A DNA stretch of 64,000 bases, from positions 1,376,001-1,440,000 of the forward strand of contig CBDFLE010000006.1 of the NCBI GenBank assembly GCA_965248925.1, given 5' to 3'. Each line of letters begins with the position of its first letter. Positions within the stretch are counted from its first letter, which is position 1. A model generated the notes under the pieces. It made no database searches. It saw nothing but the letters and a program-made list of their open reading frames with translations, and was not told the origin of the DNA. Below are positions 52,235-60,157 of this stretch, in pieces. The position numbers and the translations under genes are program-made. This DNA comes from Candidatus Multivoradales bacterium (GTDB taxonomy: Bacteria > Acidobacteriota > Thermoanaerobaculia > Multivoradales > J023).

Positions 52235-52582
52235 TCAGATATCCCGCCGCTCTTCGATACGCGCTGCCTTGCCACGCAGCTCCCGCAGGTAGTAGAGCTT
52301 GGCACGGCGCACTTTGCCGCGGCGCACGACCTCTATCTTAGCGAGAGTCGGGGAATGCAGGGGAAAGACCCGTTCCACCCCGATGCTGCCCGAAATCTTA
52401 CGCACAGTAAAGGACTCACGGGTACCACCACCACGGCGGGCGATCACCACGCCTTGGAAAATCTGCACCCGCTCCTTGCTTCCCTCGACCACGCGCACAT
52501 GGACCTTCAGGCTATCTCCAGCCCGGAAGTCCGGCAGACCCTCTTTGAGGTAAGGACGTTCTACGCTCGTCAAATCACTCAT
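52235..52582 (-). CDS. rplS: 50S ribosomal protein L19
   Basis: [44 protein letters not shown]. Confidence 0.97.
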   Translation of the reverse strand: MSDLTSVERPYLKEGLPDFRAGDSLKVHVRVVEGSKERVQIFQGVVIARRGGGTRESFTVRKISGSIGVERVFPLHSPTLAKIEVVRRGKVRRAKLYYLRELRGKAARIEERRDI

Positions 52583-52634
52583 GGCAGCTCCTCAAATCCT
52601 TGCTCATGCTGGGGTGTATCCCCTCATTATTGAG

Positions 52635-53414
52635 TCATTCGACTCTTTCTTTCAAGATCTCAGCTACATCATTCTGCAAGCCGGGCTCAAGATCTCCGAC
52701 CAACTGCCGCAGCAGGCGACGATCTCCGTCCCTCAACGCGGCGCCGGCCAACAGATCGGGCCGCTTGATCAGCGTCGCGCGGAGTGCTTCGCCACTACGC
52801 CAACGGTCGATCTCGGCGTGGTTCCCCGACAGCAGCACGGCCGGCACCTGGCGGCCAGCAACTTCCCGTGGCCTGGTGTAGTGGGGGAAGTCGAGGAGCC
52901 CATGTCTGAAACTGTCGTGCTCAACCGATGCATCCAACCCCACAACTCCCGGCACCTGGCGCGACACTGCTTCGATCAACAACATCGCCGGCAGCTCGCC
53001 GCCGGAAACCACAAAGTCACCAATCGAGACCTCTTCATCGACCACCGCATCCAACACCCGCTGGTCAATACCCTCGTAGCGCCCGCAGAGCAGCAGCAAA
53101 TCCTGCCGCGCGGCCAGCTGCCGCACCTTGGCCTCGTCTAAACGAGACCCTTGCGGCGACAACAACACTCGCCACGGCTGGGCGCCTACAGTCAATTGCT
53201 CGACCGCCCGCAGCCAAGGCGCCGCGGTCATCACCATGCCGCCGCCGCCGCCGTAAGGCTCGTCATCGACACTGCGATGGCGATCGTCGGTGTAGTGCCG
53301 AAGATCGCTAACCGCGATCGTCAACAACCCTCGCTCGACCGCTCGACCCACCAGACTGGTCTCCACGAAGGGACCGAACAACTCTGGAAAAATCGTCAGG
53401 ACCTGGAAACGCAT
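52635..53414 (-). CDS. trmD: tRNA (guanine37-N1)-methyltransferase
   Basis: VDDEPYGGGGGM, LSPQG, CGRYEGIDQR, SIGDFVVSGGE, PHYTRP, LLSGNH. Confidence 0.97.
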   Translation of the reverse strand: MRFQVLTIFPELFGPFVETSLVGRAVERGLLTIAVSDLRHYTDDRHRSVDDEPYGGGGGMVMTAAPWLRAVEQLTVGAQPWRVLLSPQGSRLDEAKVRQLAARQDLLLLCGRYEGIDQRVLDAVVDEEVSIGDFVVSGGELPAMLLIEAVSRQVPGVVGLDASVEHDSFRHGLLDFPHYTRPREVAGRQVPAVLLSGNHAEIDRWRSGEALRATLIKRPDLLAGAALRDGDRRLLRQLVGDLEPGLQNDVAEILKERVE

Positions 53415-53417
53415 CTC

Positions 53418-53990
53418 TCAGCTCGAGCAGGTTGCCACCAACCCCGGCGGCAGCCGCAGCGCAATTTCACCGCGCTCGACATCGACTGCCTCCAGGAATT
53501 CCTCGACAAAAGGCACCATCAAGGTGCTGCCGGCGCCCTGGACCCGTAACAGGAGGCCACCACCGTTGTCTTCTACGTCGACCACCGTCCCGAGTTCACC
53601 CGCGACATGATCGCGACAGCGGCAGCCGACCAGCTCGAAGTGATAGAACGAGCCCTTCGGGGCAGGCGGCGCCGCGCACCGCTCAATCTCGAGACTGGCA
53701 CCGCGCAAGCCCTCGGCCGCATCGCGACTGTCGCAATTCTCAAGCTTCAATAGCCGACCGCCGCGAACCTGCCTGCTGGCCTCGATTCGAACCGCGCGCG
53801 GCTGGCCAGCGGGCTCGATCAAGATCAGTTCTCGGCCTTTGGCGAAGCGATCCGCGACATCGCTGTGGACGACTATCTTGAGTTCGCCCCGGATTCCGTG
53901 TGGGCGCACAATCTTGGCGACCAACAAGGTACCCGGGAGATCGCGCGAGGGGTCATGCTTCGCGGATCTCGAGTCCGTAGCGCTGGCCAT
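53418..53990 (-). CDS. rimM: 16S rRNA processing protein RimM
   Basis: KIVRPHGIRGEL, RDAAEGLRG, FYHFELVG, MVPFVEEF; syntenic position. Confidence 0.92.
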   Translation of the reverse strand: MASATDSRSAKHDPSRDLPGTLLVAKIVRPHGIRGELKIVVHSDVADRFAKGRELILIEPAGQPRAVRIEASRQVRGGRLLKLENCDSRDAAEGLRGASLEIERCAAPPAPKGSFYHFELVGCRCRDHVAGELGTVVDVEDNGGGLLLRVQGAGSTLMVPFVEEFLEAVDVERGEIALRLPPGLVATCSS

Positions 53991-54207
53991 TCTGCTCCCC
54001 TCGCGCCGCCAGTAAGGCTCTCAAGGCTCTCGCGGTACGCCCCTGGCGACCGATCACCTTGCCCAGATCGCGACTCGGAAGGCACACATTGAAGCGGGTA
54101 AAGGAACCGTCTTGGCGCTCTTCGACGCGCACTTCGGCAGGCTCCTCCACCATGAGCCGAACCAGTTGGGTCAGCTCGCGGTGTAACGGCGTGACATCCT
54201 GACTCAC
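53953..54207 (-). CDS. khpA: KH-domain RNA-binding protein
   Basis: DLGKVIGRQGRTARALR; lies between rpsP and rimM. Confidence 0.9.
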   Translation of the reverse strand: MSQDVTPLHRELTQLVRLMVEEPAEVRVEERQDGSFTRFNVCLPSRDLGKVIGRQGRTARALRALLAARGEQNGQRYGLEIREA

Positions 54208-54674
54208 TCGGTCTCCTTAGCCGGGCTATCTTCCGCCACCGCCGCAGCTTCGGCCGGAGTTGCCACCTCAGAGGCAGCTTCCTCGGTCGCCGACTCTTCA
54301 GCAGCAGGTGTCTCTTTAGCGGCGGCTTCAGCAGCCGGAGCGGCCTTCTCCGCGACTTTGACTACCGGCTCCGCGGCCGCTTTGTCGGCAACCTTCTTCG
54401 CCGCCGGCTCGGCCGAACCGGAATTGGCAACAGCGACCGGGCGAGCTGCCTGGCGCACCAGGCGACGGACCGTACTCGACAGCTGAGCACCGCGACCCTG
54501 CCAGAATTCCACGCGCTCGGAATCGATCTTGACAACGGCCGGCTTCTTACACGGATCGTAGTATCCGATCTCGTCGAGCGCGGCGGCCGTCGGCACGTTG
54601 CGGGCGTCGGAAACGACGACCCGATAGAACGGGCGATGTCGGCTACCCATACGACGAAGCCGAATCTTGAGCAT
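54204..54674 (-). CDS. rpsP: 30S ribosomal protein S16 with Ala/Glu/Lys-rich C-terminal extension
   Basis: MLKIRLRRMG..RPFYRVVVSD, IGYYDP, GAQLS; SD GGAGG. Confidence 0.96.
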   Translation of the reverse strand: MLKIRLRRMGSRHRPFYRVVVSDARNVPTAAALDEIGYYDPCKKPAVVKIDSERVEFWQGRGAQLSSTVRRLVRQAARPVAVANSGSAEPAAKKVADKAAAEPVVKVAEKAAPAAEAAAKETPAAEESATEEAASEVATPAEAAAVAEDSPAKETE

Positions 54675-54908
54675 CTCTAGAACCTCCAGAATCTCGCGAG
54701 CCGCGCTAACGCGGCCCGACTAAGGCGTCAGGCTTGGGTGTCCTCGATACCATCTCGAGTCCCGTCTTCGCCTGGACTGCTGCGCACTACTGTACGCTGG
54801 GTCGTTACCCACGGCTTCCTCGGCGAGGCTATGTTTTCAGGGCACTTTCGCGAACCGTGCCGCAAAGACAAACCACCACCGGGACTCTTGACCAAGAGCC
54901 GTAGGGAG
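54675..54908 (-). promoter_or_regulatory. Long, multi-stem 5' leader of the rpsP operon with extended -10 (TGnTATATT, 54915-54923)
   Basis: Closing stem 54757-54764/54880-54887 encloses stems 54768-54772/54822-54826, 54782-54797, 54798-54811 and 54841-54861. Confidence 0.5.
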
Positions 54909-54964
54909 CAGCGGAATATAGCAGGTTTCCACCGTCGGTGATACCTGAACTCCGGGGGGAGTTC

Positions 54965-56281
54965 TCAGATGCCCATCGACTGGCGCAAAAACTTGCCGCT
55001 GACCCCCTTCATCATTTTGCGCATCATGCGGTATTGCTTGAGCAGCCGGTTGATGTCCTGCACTCTGGTTCCCGATCCACGGGCGATGCGCTTCTTGCGC
55101 TTGGCGTTGAGCACTGCTGGCTTGCGCCGCTCGACGGGGGTCATTGAGTTGATGATCGCTTCGACCCGAGTGATCTGCTTTTCATCGACCGAGGCACCCG
55201 CCAAGCCCTTGAGCGGCCCTACCTTGGGCAGCATCTCCAACAACTGCGACATCGGCCCCATGCGGCGGATCTGGCGCAGCTGGTCGCGGAGATCTTCGAG
55301 AGAAAACTCATTCTTGGCGATGCGCTTCGCCAAACGCTCGGTCTCGTCGGCGTCGAGCCCTTGCTCGGCCTTCTCGATCAGGGACAGCACGTCGCCCATG
55401 CCGAGAATACGCGACGCCATCCGCTCGGGACGGAAGAGATCTAGATCCTCAAGTTTCTCACCGACTCCCAAATAGCGCAGCGGCACCTCAGCCACCGAGC
55501 GGATCGATAGCGCCGCGCCACCCCGAGCATCGCCATCGAGCTTGGTCAACACCACTCCGGTCAGTGGCATCGCGGCGGCAAAGGCCTGGGCGCTCTTGAC
55601 CGCATCCTGGCCGGTCATCGCATCAGCAACGAAGAGGGTCTCCACCGGCTTCGCCACCTCGGCCATCCGCCGCAGCTCTGCCATCAACTGGTCATCGACA
55701 TGCAGCCGACCGGCGGTGTCGATCAACAGCACATCGTGGCCACGGTCCCGAGCCGCGCCCAGCGCGCGCCGCACGAGACTGACCACGTCCTCTCCGGCCT
55801 GCGGTTCGAGTACCGGCACTTGCGCCAGGGCACCGACCTGCAGCAGCTGTTCCACGGCCGCGGCGCGCTGCAAATCGGCGGCTAGCAACAGCGGTTGGCG
55901 GCCTTTGCTGCGCAGCCGCAGCGCCAGCTTGCCAGCGGTGGTGGTCTTACCCGAACCCTGCAAGCCGCACAGCATGACCACCGCCGGAGAGCCCTTGAGC
56001 TGTAGCTCCTGACCGTCTTCACCGAGCAGCTGAGTGAGTTCATCACGAACGATCTTGATGACCTGCTGCGCCGGCGTCAGGCTGTCCATTACTTCGGCGC
56101 CGCCGGCACGCTCACCGACCCGGGCGATAAACGACTTGACGACCCGGAAATTAACGTCTGCTTCGAGCAAGGCAACGCGGATCTGTCGCAATGCGGCAGC
56201 GAGCGTTGCCGGCGTTACGGTGCCCTCGCCTCGCAACCGACGAAATACATCTTGCAGCTTGTCCTGCAGACCTTCGAACAT
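54965..56281 (-). CDS. ffh: Signal recognition particle protein
   Basis: MFEGLQDKL, ALLEADV, GLQGSGKTTT, DTAGR, TKLDGDARGG, RILGMGD, IINSMT, RIARGSG. Confidence 0.96.
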   Translation of the reverse strand: MFEGLQDKLQDVFRRLRGEGTVTPATLAAALRQIRVALLEADVNFRVVKSFIARVGERAGGAEVMDSLTPAQQVIKIVRDELTQLLGEDGQELQLKGSPAVVMLCGLQGSGKTTTAGKLALRLRSKGRQPLLLAADLQRAAAVEQLLQVGALAQVPVLEPQAGEDVVSLVRRALGAARDRGHDVLLIDTAGRLHVDDQLMAELRRMAEVAKPVETLFVADAMTGQDAVKSAQAFAAAMPLTGVVLTKLDGDARGGAALSIRSVAEVPLRYLGVGEKLEDLDLFRPERMASRILGMGDVLSLIEKAEQGLDADETERLAKRIAKNEFSLEDLRDQLRQIRRMGPMSQLLEMLPKVGPLKGLAGASVDEKQITRVEAIINSMTPVERRKPAVLNAKRKKRIARGSGTRVQDINRLLKQYRMMRKMMKGVSGKFLRQSMGI

Positions 56282-56534
56282 CGAATCACTCCTCGGAATC
56301 GGCGCCGCCAGCGGCGGACGGCTCATGGCATCTAGAGCCCCTGATGCTATCGGGCGCGACGCCATCCTCGCAATCCCATATCGCCCCGGAACCGATCTAG
56401 CACCGAGTCTACAGACTCTTGCTGTATCATCACCGATCTGATCTCCCCGCCGCTCAAGCGGTGGGCTCGCCGGTGACGGCTCTGGTGGAGGGCAAGAAGA
56501 CTTCATGCCCCGTAAATCAAAGGAGAACCCGAGC

Positions 56535-56852
56535 ATGACCAAAGCGTTTTTTGCAACCTGCCTGCTCTTGCTGGCCACCAGTCTGTTGATCGGCTGCAGC
56601 GGCAGCGATGCCACCAGCCAAGAAGCGACCCCGACCACCGCTCCCAGCGACGAGGCCACCGGCGACGCCACCAGCGAGAACGAGGCCGCTGAGCAGCCGG
56701 CCGATGAGCCGGCAGCTGAAGCTGAGGAAGGCGACCCAACAGCGGGCGACTCGACTGCCGGCGACGAGCAAGCCGCGACCGACGAAGAAGAAGACCCGGA
56801 AGCAGCCGATGGCGGCGAAGTGGACGAGGCCGGCGAGAAGCCAGTGTCGTAG
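56535..56852 (+). CDS. Small acidic, low-complexity lipoprotein
   Basis: SD AAGGAG; lipobox LLIGC; mature part is almost all D/E/A/T/P. Confidence 0.75.
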   Translation: MTKAFFATCLLLLATSLLIGCSGSDATSQEATPTTAPSDEATGDATSENEAAEQPADEPAAEAEEGDPTAGDSTAGDEQAATDEEEDPEAADGGEVDEAGEKPVS

Positions 56853-56935
56853 CAAGGCGGCTGGCCCACAGATTGGCTAGCTAATTTTGCGGCGGCCACC
56901 CTGGGGGCCGCCAGCTACCGCTATACTGCTCCGCC

Positions 56936-58483
56936 GTGGAACGTCGAGCCAAAATTGTTGCGACCATCGGCCCCGCCAGCGCTGACGATGCAGTTCTAGC
57001 CAAGCTGATCGCCAGCGGCATGGACGTGGTGCGGCTGAATCTCTCTCATGGCACTCAAGAAGATCATCGGCGGATGATCCACAACGTGCGACGGTTGGCG
57101 GCCGCCGCCAACCGCTTCGTGCCAGTAATCGCCGACCTGATGGGCCCCCGGTTCCGCCTCGGGCAGCTCGACCTGCGACAATTGGAAGAGGGGGAACGAG
57201 TCTCCCTCGGCGAGGGCGAGGTCGACCTACCAGTGGAAGACCCGAGCTTCTTGTCTCACGTCCAGCCGGGGGAGCGTCTGCTGATCGACAATGGCATGGT
57301 CGAGCTGGAGATCCTCGAAAAGCGTCAGGCAAAGGTACTGACCCGGGTGGTCACTGGCGGCGCCGTCACCACCCGCAAGGGCATCAACCTGCCGGATACC
57401 GAGCTACCGTTCACCATCTCGGACAAAGACCACTCGGACATTGCTTTCGCTGTCGCCGAGCGAGCCGATTACTTGGCGGTCAGCTTTGTCGGCGGAGCCG
57501 ACGACCTGATAGCGGTACGACAGGTGGTGAGCGCCGCAGGCGGCGAAATCCCGTTGATCGCCAAGTTGGAGCGCGCCACCGCCATGCGCCGCCTGGAGCA
57601 CACCGTGCTAGAGGCTGACGCGGTGATGGTGGCGCGCGGCGACCTTGGCGTCGAGGTGCCGCTACATCAGGTACCGGTGTACCAGAAGCGCATCATCGCC
57701 ATCGGCCGCCGCCTCGGCACGCCGGTGATCGTCGCCACTCAGATGCTCGAATCGATGATGGAACGACCGCGCCCCACCCGCGCCGAGTCTTCCGATGTCG
57801 CCAATGCGGTGTTCGATGGCGCTGATGCGCTGATGCTCTCGGGCGAAACCGCCGCTGGTGCCTACCCGGTGACCGCGGTGCGCACCATGGCGCGCATCAT
57901 CCTCGAGGCCGAGGCCTACCGCAGTGCCCATCGCGATCACCATTCCGACGGCAAGGCCAGCGAGCCGATTCTCCCCGGCCTGCACGAGCAAGCCCACATC
58001 GAACCCAACAAGGCCCGCGACTTGGAGATCCCTGATGTTGTCTCAGAAGCGGCGGTAGTGGCCGCCGGACGGCTCAACTTGCGCCAGATCATCGCCTTCA
58101 GCCAGAGCGGCTTCACCGCCCGCATGATCGCTCGCTACCGACCTCGAACTCCGCTGACGGTGGTCACCCACGACCTCCAGGTAGCGCGACGCCTGCAACT
58201 GGTCTGGGGTGCTCGGCCGCTGCTCATCGAAGTCGTCGCTGAGCACCACGACCAGCTGGTCGAGATCGTCGACGGCCTGCTCCTCGACGAGGGCCTGGCC
58301 GAAGTCGGCGACGTGGTGATTATGCTGATGGGAGTGCCGGTCAGCGAGCGTCCGCTGACCAATCTGATGCGCGTGCACCGGGTGCGCAAGCACCCTCCCG
58401 CGCCCACTTTGTCAGTGTCCGCGAGGCTGGCTGCTCGCACCGAAGAAGATGCGACCGTAGCGCACCCCATACTCGATCCCTGA
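56936..58483 (+). CDS. pyk: Pyruvate kinase
   Basis: KIVATIGPAS, RLNLSHG, KGINLP, IAKLE, MVARGDLGVE, ATQMLESM, DALMLSGETA. Confidence 0.96.
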   Translation: MERRAKIVATIGPASADDAVLAKLIASGMDVVRLNLSHGTQEDHRRMIHNVRRLAAAANRFVPVIADLMGPRFRLGQLDLRQLEEGERVSLGEGEVDLPVEDPSFLSHVQPGERLLIDNGMVELEILEKRQAKVLTRVVTGGAVTTRKGINLPDTELPFTISDKDHSDIAFAVAERADYLAVSFVGGADDLIAVRQVVSAAGGEIPLIAKLERATAMRRLEHTVLEADAVMVARGDLGVEVPLHQVPVYQKRIIAIGRRLGTPVIVATQMLESMMERPRPTRAESSDVANAVFDGADALMLSGETAAGAYPVTAVRTMARIILEAEAYRSAHRDHHSDGKASEPILPGLHEQAHIEPNKARDLEIPDVVSEAAVVAAGRLNLRQIIAFSQSGFTARMIARYRPRTPLTVVTHDLQVARRLQLVWGARPLLIEVVAEHHDQLVEIVDGLLLDEGLAEVGDVVIMLMGVPVSERPLTNLMRVHRVRKHPPAPTLSVSARLAARTEEDATVAHPILDP

Positions 58484-58966
58484 GTAGACGCTGACCACCA
58501 GAGCCACATAGAGCGCCCAGCTGGCCAGCGGCCGCAGGGGTCCGAGTTGGGTGTCGAAGATCAGCAGCGAGATGGCGATCACCTGCACCGTGGTCTTGAC
58601 CTTGCCCGACCACGAAGCAGCGATCACCAGATTCTCGGCGGCAGCGATCGCCCGCAGGGTCGAGATAGCGAACTCGCGGCAGACGATCACCACCACGATC
58701 CAGGCGGGCGCACTGCCCAGCTCGACCAAGGAGATGAAGGCCGCGGAAGTGAGCATCTTGTCGGCGGCCGGGTCGAGCAACTTGCCCAGCCGGGTCACCA
58801 GTCCCCAGCGCCGGGCCAGAAAGCCGTCCAAAAAATCGGTCAGTGCAGCGAACAGGAAGAGGCCGAGACCAACAAACTCTTTGCCCTCAAACTTGGTCAG
58901 CAGCACCACCACCAAGATCGGCACGATCAAGATGCGGATCGAGGTCAGGATATTGGGCAGATTCAT
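58412..58966 (-). CDS. pgsA: CDP-diacylglycerol--glycerol-3-phosphate 3-phosphatidyltransferase
   Basis: MNLPNILTSIR, TDFLDGFLARR..VTRLGKLLDPAADK, GKVKT. Alternative start at 59062. Confidence 0.92.
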   Translation of the reverse strand: MNLPNILTSIRILIVPILVVVLLTKFEGKEFVGLGLFLFAALTDFLDGFLARRWGLVTRLGKLLDPAADKMLTSAAFISLVELGSAPAWIVVVIVCREFAISTLRAIAAAENLVIAASWSGKVKTTVQVIAISLLIFDTQLGPLRPLASWALYVALVVSVYSGIEYGVRYGRIFFGASSQPRGH

Positions 58967-59116
58967 CGGCCCAGGCGCGGTAGCCGGATCGGAGATGTCA
59001 GTAGAAGTCAATGTCTCAGGTCCAGAGGTTTGCCCACCGCGGGTCGCGACTTGGTGAGTCATTGCGGCAGGCTTCTACCAGGCTGATTAGCCACTAATTC
59101 CCGACTTGGACACCGC

Positions 59117-59869
59117 TCAGCGCGGCGGGTCGGTAGTGACGACAATCCTGTTGTTGGCGTCGCGAGTGATGAAAACCTGCCGCCCGGCGGGTCTCTGGCG
59201 ACGCACCTCGCGCTCTTGCTCCCGCGCTCTGCGCCAAGATTTGTAACGCGCCTCGGCCCGCAGGTCCGCCGATGCCGGCTGGCCGCGATAGAGGCTCAGG
59301 ACCTTGTTGATGTACTGGTGAGTCTCAGGAAACGGCGGGATTCCCGAGTATTGCTCCACCCGATGGGGCCCAGCGTTGTAGGCCGCCAGCGCCAGCTCGA
59401 GACTACCGAAGCGATCGAGCAGGCGACGCAGATAAAGAGTGCCTCCGCGCAGATTCTGATCCACATCATAGGCACTGCTCACCCCAAGTTCGGCGGCGGT
59501 CGGCGGCATCAACTGCATCAATCCCATCGCCCCCTTGACCGAGCGTGCTCGCGGATTGTAGCCCGACTCGACTTGCACCAGCGCCTGCACCAAGCGGGGA
59601 CTAAGGCTCTGGCGCCTGGCGTGGTACTCGATCCGTCGCTGGATCTCAGCGTCCGGCACCGCCACTAGTCGCGCCGACGCCCGGCGCGCGAGCTGCTTAG
59701 GGCTCTCGTTGTAGATCAAGGACTTGCCGTTCGGCAGCTTCTTGACTTTAATCTCGGCAGCGGCTTGCCCAACCCACCCCAACATCACACAGCAAACGGC
59801 CAACAAGCCACCGGCCAGAGGGAGAGGTCGTCTGAGATTTTGATATCGCATCGTTCGAGTCGCTGCCAT
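59117..59869 (-). CDS. Lytic transglycosylase (SLT domain), exported
   Basis: VQVESGYNPRARSVKGAMGLMQLMP, ALAAYNAGP, PPFPETHQY; signal peptide. Confidence 0.92.
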   Translation of the reverse strand: MAATRTMRYQNLRRPLPLAGGLLAVCCVMLGWVGQAAAEIKVKKLPNGKSLIYNESPKQLARRASARLVAVPDAEIQRRIEYHARRQSLSPRLVQALVQVESGYNPRARSVKGAMGLMQLMPPTAAELGVSSAYDVDQNLRGGTLYLRRLLDRFGSLELALAAYNAGPHRVEQYSGIPPFPETHQYINKVLSLYRGQPASADLRAEARYKSWRRAREQEREVRRQRPAGRQVFITRDANNRIVVTTDPPR

Positions 59870-59999
59870 TTTCGGCCAACGGACCCAGCATGTTACACGC
59901 TGGCCACCTCCTTCGCCAACTCCTGACCGATTTTCACTCCTGACTCAGCACTCAGGGTGGCCGGGATTCGACCGTCGCAAGCCGCGGGCCAGGGGCCGG

Positions 60000-60157
60000 T
60001 CAGCCTGCTTCTAGCTGCTCGCCAACCACCCGCGGCACCGCCAACAGTAGCTCGGGCAACTGCTCCGGCTGCTTGCCGCCGGCCTGGGCGAAATCGGCTC
60101 GGCCGCCCCCCCGGCCGCCGACCACAGCCGCCAACTCGGCAACCATCTTGCCGGCGT
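60000..60157 (-). pseudogene. Displaced duplicate of the alaS 3' end (~52 codons)
   Basis: Encodes AGKMVAELAAVVGGRGGGRADFAQAGGKQPEQLPELLLAVPRVVGEQLEAG*; 60028-60157 matches 62920-63049 at 129/130 nt. Confidence 0.9.

Noticed and set aside
54675-54960. SRP RNA (ffs) next to ffh
   Set aside because: No CAGG-stem-GNRA-stem-AGCAG helix-8 signature on either strand.
56282-56899. 205-aa N-terminal extension of Ffh in the ORF track
   Set aside because: Canonical Ffh starts at MFEGLQDKL (56281); the extension is the antisense shadow of the lipoprotein gene.
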